From: Octopus sinensis | Lineage: Eukaryota | DNA length: 64,000 bases | Reading direction: 5' to 3' | Assembly: GCF_006345805.1 (NCBI RefSeq) | Contig: NC_043001.1 | Coordinates: 111,104,001-111,168,000, forward strand | Shown here: in pieces, positions 52,325-64,000 of the stretch | How positions within the stretch are numbered: the first letter of the stretch is position 1 | Layout: every line of letters begins with the position of its first letter | Program-made: the position numbers and the translations under genes | The notes under the pieces: generated by a model | Databases searched by the model: none | What the model saw: only the letters and a program-made list of their open reading frames with translations | Told to the model about the DNA's origin: nothing

Positions 52325-52503
52325 TATGAAACCCGTACTGGTGGTGTACAAAACAAACAGATGTATTAGTATAACGCTCAGGAATAGAAAAAGTCATTTA
52401 CGTTTCGAACCTACGCTCTTCTACAGAAAGGGACACAGAAAAACAAGGAGAGAAACAAGGAGAGAAAAAAAATGTGTGTAGTGGCTAACGATCTATCATG
52501 GCG

Positions 52504-52505
<2 letters not shown>
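52325..52505 (-). mobile_element. Hammerhead-bearing short repeat, copy 2
   Basis: Homologous to 52012-52195; followed by (TA)n at 52505-52563. Confidence 0.65.
52393..52434 (-). ncRNA. Minimal hammerhead variant (U at core position 6), weak stem I
   Basis: Minus strand reads GTCCCTTT-CTGTAGA-A-GAGC(gtag)GTTC-GAAA-CGTA-AATGAC. Confidence 0.5.
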
Positions 52506-52563
<58 letters not shown>

Positions 52564-53405
52564 CACCGGGATAAATACAGATATTAGCAACACTCCTTAC
52601 ATACATTGAAGCATACATAGCTGATGTGTGCGAGAAGAGGATGAATATGCTATCGAAATATTTACAATAGAAAATTCAAAATGAAATAAAGTAAATATGC
52701 CGGAACATAGACATGAAGCACCTGTATATTTTCTTTTTTTACATAACGCTCATCAATACAATACCTGTAAGTGCGGCAACTATCCTCAAACAGTATATGT
52801 TATAATCCACTTCAAAGTTAAACTCGAAGACGTAAAATATAATACAGAAACTCTTACACGGGGTATAAACTTAGCTATATAAATACCCATGATCTATATT
52901 TCACGCATATTGTCTTCTGTTATAGAATAGCATCCACGTAATCTTCACTTTGCCATTTGGTTCCCGAAATATGCTTTGAATTGTCGGTTAAATTTCGTAA
53001 ATCGCCCAGTCAACAATATCCTTCATATCCTAAGCGGATCTACAGATTTGTATGCTTTTAAGGACGAATTACCACTTGTGGTTACTAATAACCTTTTCCT
53101 TTACTCCGAATTGTCTCCAATATTCTGCCAATTGTCAATAGTTCTCCTGCTCCTCTCAAGGTGGAGTTATTTAAAAGACAACAACATTTTCTTATAACAA
53201 CGTATCTTAGTTCTACATTTCAATACAAAACACAGACCAAGTCAGTGAAATTTTATCAAAGCAACCACATTATATATGTGTGTAGGTGCGAGTGTCTTGT
53301 GTGTGTCTGAATGCGTATGTACACATACGTATATTTATGTGTGTTTGTGTGTGTACTCATACATATATACCTCCATCTCTGTCTCTGACTGCCTCTTTCT
53401 GTCTG

Positions 53406-53441
<36 letters not shown>

Positions 53442-53442
53442 C

Positions 53443-53478
<36 letters not shown>

Positions 53479-54241
53479 GCATACGTATACATATACATAG
53501 ACAGATAAATGTGACTTTTGTTGCAGTCCAGTTCATCTCTATTAAGATTATGACAACCCATTAATCCATCTTGAAGTTAGATGCGCCTTGTATCCACTTC
53601 ATTTGGCGTAAACCGTTAATGACCTTGAGTAAAATATTATAATTACTAGAATACTCTTCAAACTTGATAGAACCTAATAATGCATTGATGAAATCTACTT
53701 AATTAGGATCCACCAAGCAGAAAATAATAGCTAAATGTTTCTCCCGTTTCTTTTATATCTGAAATCAATAACTGAGACGCTTCTCCGTATGCTGTGTTGT
53801 TGACGCCTTCTCATCCGGTGTTTCATTATTCGTACCATTGAACAAAAACAATATTATATGAAGCACACGCTCTGTACACAGGCAAATGTTTGATTGCATA
53901 CAACGCTCGCACATATATGAACATAGACAGATACTTATCGTATCTATTACTGTTCATTACCTTCTTATTAATCGCACACAAAATATTCTCGCTAAACATG
54001 AAGAAAATGACGTTTTCCATCTCAAAAATTTATCTGCAATTAGACGCTTTAACATTGTTTTACATTTACCACGTATTGTTAATGTTTGCTTAGTGGCAGA
54101 CCAACCGTAGTCGACAGACGTATAGTAAAATGCATTGCTAACATCCTATTTGTGTGTCAGATGGTACATATAATTTCTCCTTATATTAATATGACAAGCT
54201 GTGAATCGAGGTAAATTTTGATATCATTATCACAGGCTAAG

Positions 54242-54820
54242 AAGGCGGCGAGCTGGAAGAATCGTTAGCACGCCGGGCGAAGTGCTTAGCGGTATTTTGT
54301 CTGCCGTTACGTTGTGAGTTCAAATTCCGTCGAGGTCGACTTTCCCTTTCATCCTTTCGGGGTCGATAAATTAAGTACCAGTTACGCACTGGGGACGATG
54401 TAATCGACTTAATACCTATGTCTGTCCTTGTTTGCCCCCTCTGTGTTTAGCCCCTTGTGGGTAATAAAGAAATAGGTATTTTGTCTGCCGTTACGTTCTG
54501 AGTTCAAATTCCGCAGAGGTCAACTTTGCTTTTCATCCTTTCGGGGTCGATAAATAAAGTACCAGTTACTCACTGGGGTCGATGTAATCGACTTAATCCG
54601 TTTGTCTCTCTTTGTTTGTCCTCTGTGTTTAGCCCCTTGCGGTTAGTAAAGATATAGCTGTTTCGTCTGCCGCTACGTTCTGAGTTCAAATTCCGCCGAG
54701 GTAGACTTTACCTTTCATCTTTTCGGGGTCAATAAAATAAGTACCAGTTGGATGCTGATGTCGATGTAATCAACTCATCCCCATCTCCCGCAGGCTGGCC
54801 TTGTGTCAAAAATTTGAAAT
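54242..54820 (+). mobile_element. SINE B trimer (junctions 54474/54475 and 54656/54657); last unit has a different tail
   Basis: Full head only in the first unit. Confidence 0.9.
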
Positions 54821-55889
54821 AGTTATAACAGGCTAATCTCTCAGAACGCAATTATCTCTCCTGTCTGCACAAGTATCTAAGGATGAAATTATGAGAACGC
54901 AGATAATACAATATGGTCGTTTTTCAATATTCAGTACTGCATTAGTCGTGTTCTATTTAAAATGCAATGTAACGTAAGAATCACAGCTGTCATTTTCTTA
55001 TGAAAAACATTTTCTTTTATAATATACTAAAAATATGCAATATTAAATGCAACCATTTCATTTTCGGAAATTTTCATTTTATTTTAAACATTATACTGTT
55101 ATATACCATGCATCTAGCTCCTAAATTTAATCATTGCATTTATCGGGGAAAGTATTAAACATCTAATAGATATGTATATTTCGAAAGTTTTGACTGATCT
55201 ATTTTAGATAAGTAAGCTGTTAATATCTATGCGCAATGTATCAATCAAACCAATATTATATCCCAGTCAAGAGTAAGTCATCTTGTTTTCTTTCTTTCTC
55301 TATTTATTTACTTGTTTTGATAAAACAATAGAATATACAAATTTCAGCTCTATTTGGACGTGTCTTTGCGTAAAATGTTTTATTTATTACCATCGCAAAA
55401 TTTACAATTATCGTGACCACTCAATGTCCAACCCACGTAAACTATATAGTATTTAGTTATTTTTCATGAAGTAATTAAAGATTTACAATATTTATGCACG
55501 TCACGTAATGATGATTTCAATATCGACGATTTCAAAATATCAAAACCCAAACACTTGTAGACACATCACCTGAATCTCAAACAGTTTGAACAATCTTATC
55601 TTACGTTGTACTGGAATTCTTTGTATTCAGTACATCGAATCAAAGATGGAGTCACTAACTGATTGATACATTACTAGATATGCAGGTCAAAACATCTGAA
55701 AATCACATGTACAATATCTGCAAAGAGCACGTCGGACATTGAATTTTTGAGAAACCAGTGGCTAAATAAGGTGCCTTCCACGACAACAATCACAAGTCTA
55801 CCCGAACAATGAAGATGAAAATATACGACAAAATAAGAAATGATCACCTTTCGGTCATGTATGACCATGGTATTGCAACTAGAAAATTA

Positions 55890-55982
55890 CCTTCCGAGTC
55901 ACAACTCCGGGCAAGGATATTCATGGAAGGCCAGCAGTTCCCCATGTATACCAGCCTTCCCTCTCCGCGCCACCGATGTTAT
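55890..55982 (-). mobile_element. Fragment of the SINE D 3' region
   Basis: Colinear with 50245-50335. Confidence 0.65.
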
Positions 55983-56027
55983 AACAATTAACATATTGTG
56001 TTATTATGTACATGGTCTATCTTGGAC

Positions 56028-56155
56028 TACAGCAAATATTCTGCTCAATACTACAGATTTGCATGTCAGTTGTTTAACCTTAACCAGTTGAGCATTCACT
56101 TAGTGGCTATCAATATTATGTGCATCTCTGATCACGAACAAATAGGTGGAGTGAT
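56028..56155 (+). mobile_element. Fragment of the unclassified 30.2-30.8 kb repeat
   Basis: TACAGCAAATATTCTGCTCAATA...GTGCATCTCTGATCACGAACA is the reverse complement of 30620-30735. Confidence 0.75.
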
Positions 56156-57191
56156 TCTTCTGACTATAATATTTCAAGGCATTGTCAGAACATCGCCTTA
56201 GTCTAATGAGTAAAACAAGTAAAACGTTACAAAAAAGGAAACGTTACTCTACCAACAAGAGCGGTTTGCGCTACCAACGCGAAATATTAAAAAGCCCACC
56301 ATTGCATACGATTCGGTATAATACTCGTACAACTTACAACGTAGAAAGTATTGTTTAAATTAGATTCATAACTCTGCAAATAAATATTACTGAATAAAAT
56401 CAAGCATATAATTGTCAACTGCGATTGAAAGCGCTGGAAAAATTAGCCCTTTCAGATAATTGTTTCGCTGAACGATAATTTTTTAATAGCAATTTGTTAT
56501 TAATCAGGCTATATAACTTTATCCTGTGATAATTTGTGATTTCTAAGTAGAGGAATAATTAATCATAATCTGCTTATATCCATAATAATTATCTCTCTGC
56601 AAATTGTCTTCGAAAGATTTCGTGTAATAATCAAATCAAATGCCATAAGTACATAACCTTTGATGAAACACATATTGAAAGTTCGCACTGCGATGTGTCT
56701 GTATCACAAATGTACTTTTAAGCTATTGATTTCTACTACCCTTTCTCCACTACATTCCAAGCATCATATTGTGTCATATACAAATATACTATTAACTAAA
56801 TTGCGTTGCTCCAGGAGACATTTAACGACTTTCACTTCTAATTTGTTATTCGTGATACGAAAACAAATACTGTTTCCTTTATTCTTTCTTAGTCGACAAG
56901 ATATATATGCAATTAAATTATGGACTGAAGTACATTAATAGATAATATTGTCAAAGATAGCGGAACCAAAAACCGGATGCATATTATGTTTCACTGCAAA
57001 TATTACCGATCTCATTGTTTCAACAATTTATATATATTTGAGGGCGTGAACGAAAAGCCGAATATATGCAACTTATCATATCAGTAGCAAATATTTAATG
57101 CGCCCATATGATGAGAAATGCTCACAGTTGTCACTTGAACTCATGACTTCAAGAGACATTCTTAAATTTGCATAAATTATTTAGTGTAATA

Positions 57192-57490
57192 GTAGAGGCA
57201 CATGGCCTAGTGGTTAGAGCAGCAGACTCGCGGTCGAGAGATCGCGGGTTCGAATCTCAGATGTGTGTGTTTATGAGCGAAACACCTAACCTCCACGGGG
57301 CCCTGGCAGAAGGTATTGGCGAACTTCTGCTGACTCTTTCGCCACAATTTCCTCTCACTCTCTCCTCCTGCATCTTGCAGCTCATCTTGCGATAGACCGG
57401 CGTCCTGTCCAGGTGTGGAAACTATACGCCAACAAAAACGGGAAACCGGCCCTTATGAGCCAGGCATGGCTCGAGAAGGAACAAACAAAC
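57192..57490 (+). mobile_element. SINE C with 13-bp TSD
   Basis: ATTTAGTGTAATA (57179-57191) and ATTCAGTGTAATA (57491-57503), one mismatch. Confidence 0.9.
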
Positions 57491-57685
57491 ATTCAGTGTA
57501 ATACTATAAGCATATTTTTCATCAGTCGATAGTGGTTAAAGTAATTTTAAAATGGTACAGTTTATATTCTGAATACATTATTGAAGGACAAATACATACC
57601 TGCCTGTAGGTATATGGGCGTTACCCTTGAACAGTGCTGAAATTCTGACTGTGATTGAGATTTATATTTTATTAATAATTTCCTT

Positions 57686-58001
57686 GTGGAGGCGCAATGG
57701 CCGATGGTTAAGGCAGGAGGATCGTGGTTTCGATTCCCAGACCGGATGTTGTGTGTGTGAGTGTGTTTATTGAGCGAAAACACCTAAAAGCTCCACGAGG
57801 ATACAGCAGGGGGTGGTGGCGACCCCTGTTGTACTCTTTCGCCACAACTTTCTCTCACAGCTTCTCTTCCTGTTTCTTGAGTAACGCTACGATGGACTGG
57901 CGTCCCGTTCAACTGGGGGTGGGGACACATACGCCACAGAAACGAGAAAACGGGGCCCATGAGTCTGGCTAGGCTTGAAAAGGGCGGCAAAGAATACGAA
58001 G
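57686..58001 (+). mobile_element. SINE C-related subfamily with 12-bp TSD
   Basis: AATAATTTCCTT at 57674-57685 and 58002-58013; tRNA-like head. Confidence 0.85.
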
Positions 58002-58860
58002 AATAATTTCCTTAGAGTCCCTTGCAATTTCCTTCCACAGATACTTTAGTACGTTTGTCATAGTAATAGTCGTAGAATGGGGGTTAGGCACTGTAACAGT
58101 TGGTCACAGCATCCACCATTTGCTGGTTCCCTATTCGTGGCAGACGACATCTTTGTACTAATTAGGCGCCAACCTTCCAACCCATTTGTCTATTTGGGTA
58201 GTCGTTGCTGGTGAGGGTTTTACGAGGTGAAAGTAGAAATACTACCGCCACCTCGTTCAGTTGAATTTTAGGACCAGCGGAGGAAACTATGGGTTTCTTC
58301 ATTGACGTGTTTGTACTAACATAACGCAATTAATCATCAACGTTTGTAAACTTAAACCGATACTGAATGTTAATTTTTCATCTCTCTGTTGAAGTGACAT
58401 TGGTTTATGCTGCTACGCCTTTATAATACGGCAGAAACTCATTTTTAGCACTTTAAATTATGCGATATCTATTAAGTGCAACTTTTCGTTCTCTATGATT
58501 TTGCGACTACCTCCTTACGTCACTACGTTATCATTTCCGTTTGGTAAGTGCATCTCAGCCATAAGATATCTTTGATTTTTCGATACATTCCTTGTAGTAT
58601 ACATGCATTATATTCTAATGACTTCCTGTCTAGTTGTGTATTGTAAAGCTCAATGCTGTATACCATCTGAATAAGCACAGAAGCAATATACCGATCATTA
58701 TTGGATACCACCAACAAGATGCAATTACGCTGGATTACTTCATACAAGACAACAGTATGTATTTAAAAGACGAATCAGTAAATGCCATCATAAATACATC
58801 TACAAGATAAGATGTGCATGTATGACTTTGTGCCAGCGTTTGCCCGCACATACCCATTTG

Positions 58861-59008
58861 AAAACCGGTGTTGGTGTATTCACGTCCCCGTAACATAGCG
58901 GTCCGTTAGCAGATATCGATAAAATAAGTCCCGCGTCGGATTTGTTTGACTAGAACCCTATCGGCGCTGCTCCAGCATGACCGCAACCAAATGACTGGAA
59001 CAAGTAAA
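58861..59008 (+). mobile_element. Degraded SINE A 3' half
   Basis: CACGTCCCCGTAACATAGCGG...GCTGCTCCAGCATGACCGCAACCAAATGACTGGAACAAG. Confidence 0.7.
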
Positions 59009-59661
59009 TCTGTAAAACTATATGAAAGAATATTGCTTAAAACCTAACAAATGAGGTACGATATGAACATGAAAGACCGCATGTGGTAAATGCTTGCAAA
59101 TGGAGCTGAAATATATGCTATTCCATATCGTACACACACACATACACACACGCACACAGACGCATATATGCATATATACACAGACATACAGTCATATCAG
59201 AAATAAGTAGGAAGCGTGTTATCTTTTTAAAGATACATTTGTAGCATAGAACAAGTTCAGTCATAAGGTGCCGTCTCCAATAAGTCCAATAAAACTAGGC
59301 GCATCAATTCTGAAATGATGTTTCTGCCAGCTCGCCTTATTATTTCGTAAATATTATTCCATAGGGAGAATGATAATTTTGTTTTTCGTTTTCGTGAAAA
59401 TTTGTCTGATTTCTTTTTACTAATTATGCTTTTATCCGGTTTCGAAAGATTTCTAACTGTGACGGACTGAAGGCGCAAATTTTAGACTAACAGAGACAGC
59501 ATTTGAATATCATCTGAGGAAAGTCAACTGGATATCATTATGCAAAGAAACAGTTGCATAATCAAATACCTGAACTTTTGAAGAACCACTTTCGATGGAA
59601 ACAATTGTGCAACCTTACACCTTCTTGTTGATTTCAATTACTTCACTTTTATGTATATATA

Positions 59662-59692
<31 letters not shown>

Positions 59693-60650
59693 GTGTATAT
59701 ATGAATCTAAAGATCCATTATACATATAATACACGCGGACTTTCTGCAGTATTAATTTTTAATAAGGATGAAAGCTTTACACCGCAAATTCTTAACTTCA
59801 AGGTTTCTGCTTCATCACCATATTGTTTCCCAATAAATAAATGTTTATTCTAAGCAGTAATATATTCGAATGAAATATACTTTCTCGAAAGGGCTTTGAC
59901 GTTGTATACAATTATTTAACATTAATTCGGTTTTATAGCAGATAACATTAATAGACCAGATGATAAAATAAAATTCTTCAAGCCATTTAGAAGTTCTGTG
60001 AGCTAATGAAAGTGGCGTTGGCCTTCCTGAAAAATACAATAGCAGTAATATGAAGAAATAATGATGGCATAAAATATTCACAACTTTTAAAAGCGCATTT
60101 TAATACTTTGTATTAGAAGTACTAGAAAATTTCAGCTTAATTACATTCCTATTTTAGAAATAAGATATTAAGTTAATTTTACAGAATACCATAGAGTTTG
60201 AAAATAAAATGCGAAATCGTCGTATTTGTGCTATATATTTTTTTTCAAATTTTGTGTGGGTGTGTATTGGAAATTAATTCCAAGAAAATTAGAATTTTCA
60301 TATTTTCTTCCTGATTAGAAGGCAGGAATTGAAAGTAACAACAACTGAAGTTTTAATCAAGAAATATTACATCAAAAAAGAAAATTATGATGGCGAGGAA
60401 TAGCGGTAAAATGCGTATGTGGTAAGTAGACATGAGAAAAATTCTGCCATGACAGGAAATAGAATGTGACGTAAGAATATAAAGTTAATGGAGATGGGAT
60501 TTAGGAGATAACACTTAAAGTGGTTCATCATGATACTGATTGTGATTTCAAAGAACGTGCAATAAAATAGGAAAAAGTATAAAACTTGTACTTATGGGGA
60601 TAAAAAAGAATGACATTAATGCGTTCTTTATACATTTAGCACTGAACAGA

Positions 60651-60715
<65 letters not shown>

Positions 60716-61133
60716 ACATATTGTTATATGTGTAAGCAGTTATACATTGTTTGTCAGTGAGTATGCGTAATTATAATTATATTCAGAAGCTCATATGGAA
60801 AAGACAATACTAAAATTATCTATATAGAATATGTATAAATATATATAAATGCACACACACACGCACACACGCGGACACACATACACACACACACTCACAC
60901 ACACACACGTATATATATATATATATAACCTGGAAAAATTACCGCAAACTTTCATATGCCGAACATCAGCATAAACCGTATCCTGATCAGTTAAATGTGA
61001 CTCTTTTCTTCCAGGTGAAACCCCTTCTAGACACCATAGAGAGGAAAAAGGCATACTCCAAAACCTGTCCCTATACAAAGTACTCGAAGTAACATGTGAT
61101 AGTTCTTTTCTCTCTCTAAAGGAGACTACGGCA

Positions 61134-61556
61134 GCGGTACTGGGTTTTAATAGTTATCGGCAAGCTAACATGGCAGTCCAGAAAAATAGGACAAATGGTG
61201 CCGTTGATTAACTACAAGAGGACATCGACTCTAGCTAGCTATGTGACACACAAACCCGTGTCCTTTATAACCTTCGAAAAGGGGAGGTCAGCAGGTTCGC
61301 CTTGCTGGTCAGCAGCGAAGCCTGCTGGGTTTGGCTACTCCACATTGGTAAGAGGCAAACACCTCGAAACTAGTCTGTGGCTGCCAGACCAGCAAGGAGG
61401 AAGCTGCTGACCTACCCTGTTCGAAGGTTATAACGGACACAGGTTTGTGTGTCACAGGTTTGTGATGACCTCTTAGAGCTAATCAACGACAGCATACGTC
61501 CTATTTTTCTAGACTGCCATGTTAAGTTGGCGATAGCTATTAATATCCAGTACCGC
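61134..61556. mobile_element. Older fold-back element (arms 61134-61310 and 61387-61556)
   Basis: Arms are reverse complements at roughly 80% identity by eye, with a 76-bp spacer. Confidence 0.8.
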
Positions 61557-61628
61557 GGATAAAACTAATGATTAGAAATATTAAATTTCTAAATATCTCA
61601 TAGAGATATGTGCGGCGGTAGAGTGATA

Positions 61629-61922
61629 GAGTGGTTGTATACTGTCAACTTAACGTGACAGTCCCGTAAGGGAATTACACTACCGCTATTTAGCCCAAGG
61701 AAGCAACGACGTTTCCTGTCGGCCTTGACACATTTCCTGTGTCCTTATATATTTACGAAGGGGAGATAAACACCCCCAACAGTGTCTCCCCTTCGTAAAT
61801 ATATAAGGACACAGGAAATGTGTCAAGGCCGACAGGAAACGTCGTTGCTTCCTTGGGCTAAATAGCGGTAGTGTAATTCCCTTACGGGACTGCCCCGTTA
61901 AGTTGACAGTATACAACCACTC
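61629..61922. mobile_element. Near-perfect fold-back element (138-bp arms, 18-bp spacer)
   Basis: 61629-61766 versus 61785-61922, 2 mismatches; no TSD seen. Confidence 0.92.
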
Positions 61923-62057
61923 AAAAAATAATGATATTTCTGCTTACATTTGTTATTGTTGTTTAATACTCGACTCTCCTTAGTAATGATTCATGCGCTG
62001 AATGTATTTCAGTTTCGACCCTACAGTCATTTTATAGTCAAGAATTACTGAGTATAG

Positions 62058-62485
62058 AGGCGCAGGAGTGGCATATAGGCGCAGGAGTGGTATATAGGCG
62101 CAGGAGTGGCTGTGTGGTAAGTCGCTTGCTAACCAACCACATGGTTGCCGGTTCAGTCCCACTGCGTGGCATCTTGGGCAAGTGTCTTCTGCTATAGCAG
62201 AATTTGGTAGACAGAAACTGAAAGAAGCCTGTCGTATATATGTATATATATATATATATATGTATGTGTTTGTGTGTCTGTGTTTGTCCCCCTAGCATTG
62301 CTTAACAACCGATGCTGGTGTGTTTATGTCCCCGTTACTTAGCGGTTCCGCAAAAGAGACCGATGAATAAGTACTGGGCTTACAAAGAATAAGTCCCGGG
62401 GTCGATTTGCTCGACTAAAGGCGGTGCTCCAGCATGGCCGCAGTCAAATGACTGAAACAAGTAGAAGAGTAAAAGAGAAAAGAGT
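62058..62485 (+). mobile_element. SINE A, full length, with triplicated 5' end
   Basis: AGGCGCAGGAGTGG occurs three times at about 19-bp period. Confidence 0.92.
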
Positions 62486-62641
62486 ATCACTTTATTGGTC
62501 GCTTTCAAGACACTGAAGTCACGAAGAAAACTGTTTGGTAATTACTAATAAAAATATACGTATAAAACGCATCTTAGTGACTCGGGCGAGAATACATATA
62601 CTCCAGGTAGTGACAGAGGATATTCCGACGTCGAATAAAAG

Positions 62642-62720
<79 letters not shown>

Positions 62721-62961
62721 GTGTGGGAGGTATACGTTTTTGTGAACGTAGGTATTAATATGGAGAGAGGAAACGAGAGATTTATATTTACATATATATA
62801 TGTGAGTGTGTATGCGTGTGTGTCTATGTTTCTATGTGTGTGTGTGTAAATAAATACGAGCATATACACTCACAAACACACACATATATAATGTACTATG
62901 TATGAGTGTATGCATGCATATATCTACGTATGTATGTATGTATGTATGTATGTATATAAGT

Positions 62962-63172
62962 ATGTGTGTGTGGTTGTTTGTCTGTGTTTGTCTCCCCATA
63001 ATCCTTTGACAACTGATGGTGGCGTGTCTACGTCCCCGTAACTCAGCGGTTAGGCAAAAGACCAAGAGAATAAGTAGTAGGCTTACAAAGAATAAGTCGA
63101 TTTGTTCGACTAAAGACTGTGCTCCAGCATGACCGCTGTCAAAAGACTGAAACAAATAAAAGAATAAAGAAT
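62962..63172 (+). mobile_element. SINE A, 3' half
   Basis: Colinear with the 3' half; tail runs into (GATA)n. Confidence 0.85.
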
Positions 63173-63215
63173 AGATAAATAGATAGATAGACAGGCAGAC
63201 AGATAGATAGATAGT

Positions 63216-63250
<35 letters not shown>

Positions 63251-63253
63251 GTT

Positions 63254-63319
<66 letters not shown>

Positions 63320-63326
63320 CAGATAC

Positions 63327-63386
<60 letters not shown>

Positions 63387-63405
63387 CGATAGATAGATAG
63401 ATAGG

Positions 63406-63497
<92 letters not shown>

Positions 63498-63510
63498 TAG
63501 ATAGGTAGAT
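63171..63510. repeat. ~340-bp (GATA)n tetranucleotide array
   Basis: Direct reading; occasional GACA/GGTA variants. Confidence 0.97.
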
Positions 63511-64000
63511 ATATATATATATATATATAGACACGTGTTTGTGTGTGCGAATTATGTAGTTGATTCTCATTAACTTTTTCTCCTACGGTTTTTTTGTTCT
63601 CAGTCAGTCTTCTTACACCTATCTGTACAATCATGTACATACATATGTATGTATGGATGTGTGTGTATGTCTGTGTACGTGAGTGTGAGTGTAGTTGTGC
63701 CTATTTGTACATGTATGTGTACCTGCGTATGTGCGTGCGTTTGTCTGTTTTGTGTATGATTGTACGGATGTCTTCCCTGCACCTTCATATAATATATACA
63801 AACAACTACTACAACTCCAACAGGTTACTGACGGACTAGCTATTTTGTAAAAAAAAAAAACAAGAAACAGAAGAGTGAGCGCTAACCTGGAATTCCAATC
63901 ATCAGGATAAAATGGCAACATCTCAAAATATTTCTTGCATTGTAGGAAGTAAACACGTAAAATATAATATACAGAAGCAGAAGGTTTTGGCTCTTTGGAT

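Overview
AT-rich eukaryotic DNA dense in microsatellites and transposons. The SINE repertoire (a tRNA-headed CORE-type SINE and a tRNA-headed SINE with an internal microsatellite) looks like an octopod/coleoid cephalopod genome; this is recognition from memory, not a search result. No intact host protein-coding gene can be supported, and almost all listed ORFs are microsatellite or repeat artefacts. Recognisable coding remnants are all transposon-derived: a Tc1 transposase, four mariner/Tc1-superfamily derivatives and a Helitron PIF1-type helicase. There are also two non-autonomous Helitrons, four SINE families, several fold-back elements and a local triplication. The most notable features are: (i) five minimal type-I hammerhead ribozyme motifs in three unrelated Penelope-like/retrozyme-like contexts, all next to (TA)n tracts; two of them sit in the arms of a 1.6-kb near-perfect palindrome, and two share a non-canonical U at core position 6 and lie about 300 nt apart; (ii) head-to-tail CORE-SINE multimers (up to 7 units) that reuse one exact junction at five loci, with a 3' tail 33/40 identical to an unrelated LINE-like 3' end in the window; (iii) a mariner made of two transposase 5' halves facing each other. 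All structures were derived by eye and none was tested computationally.
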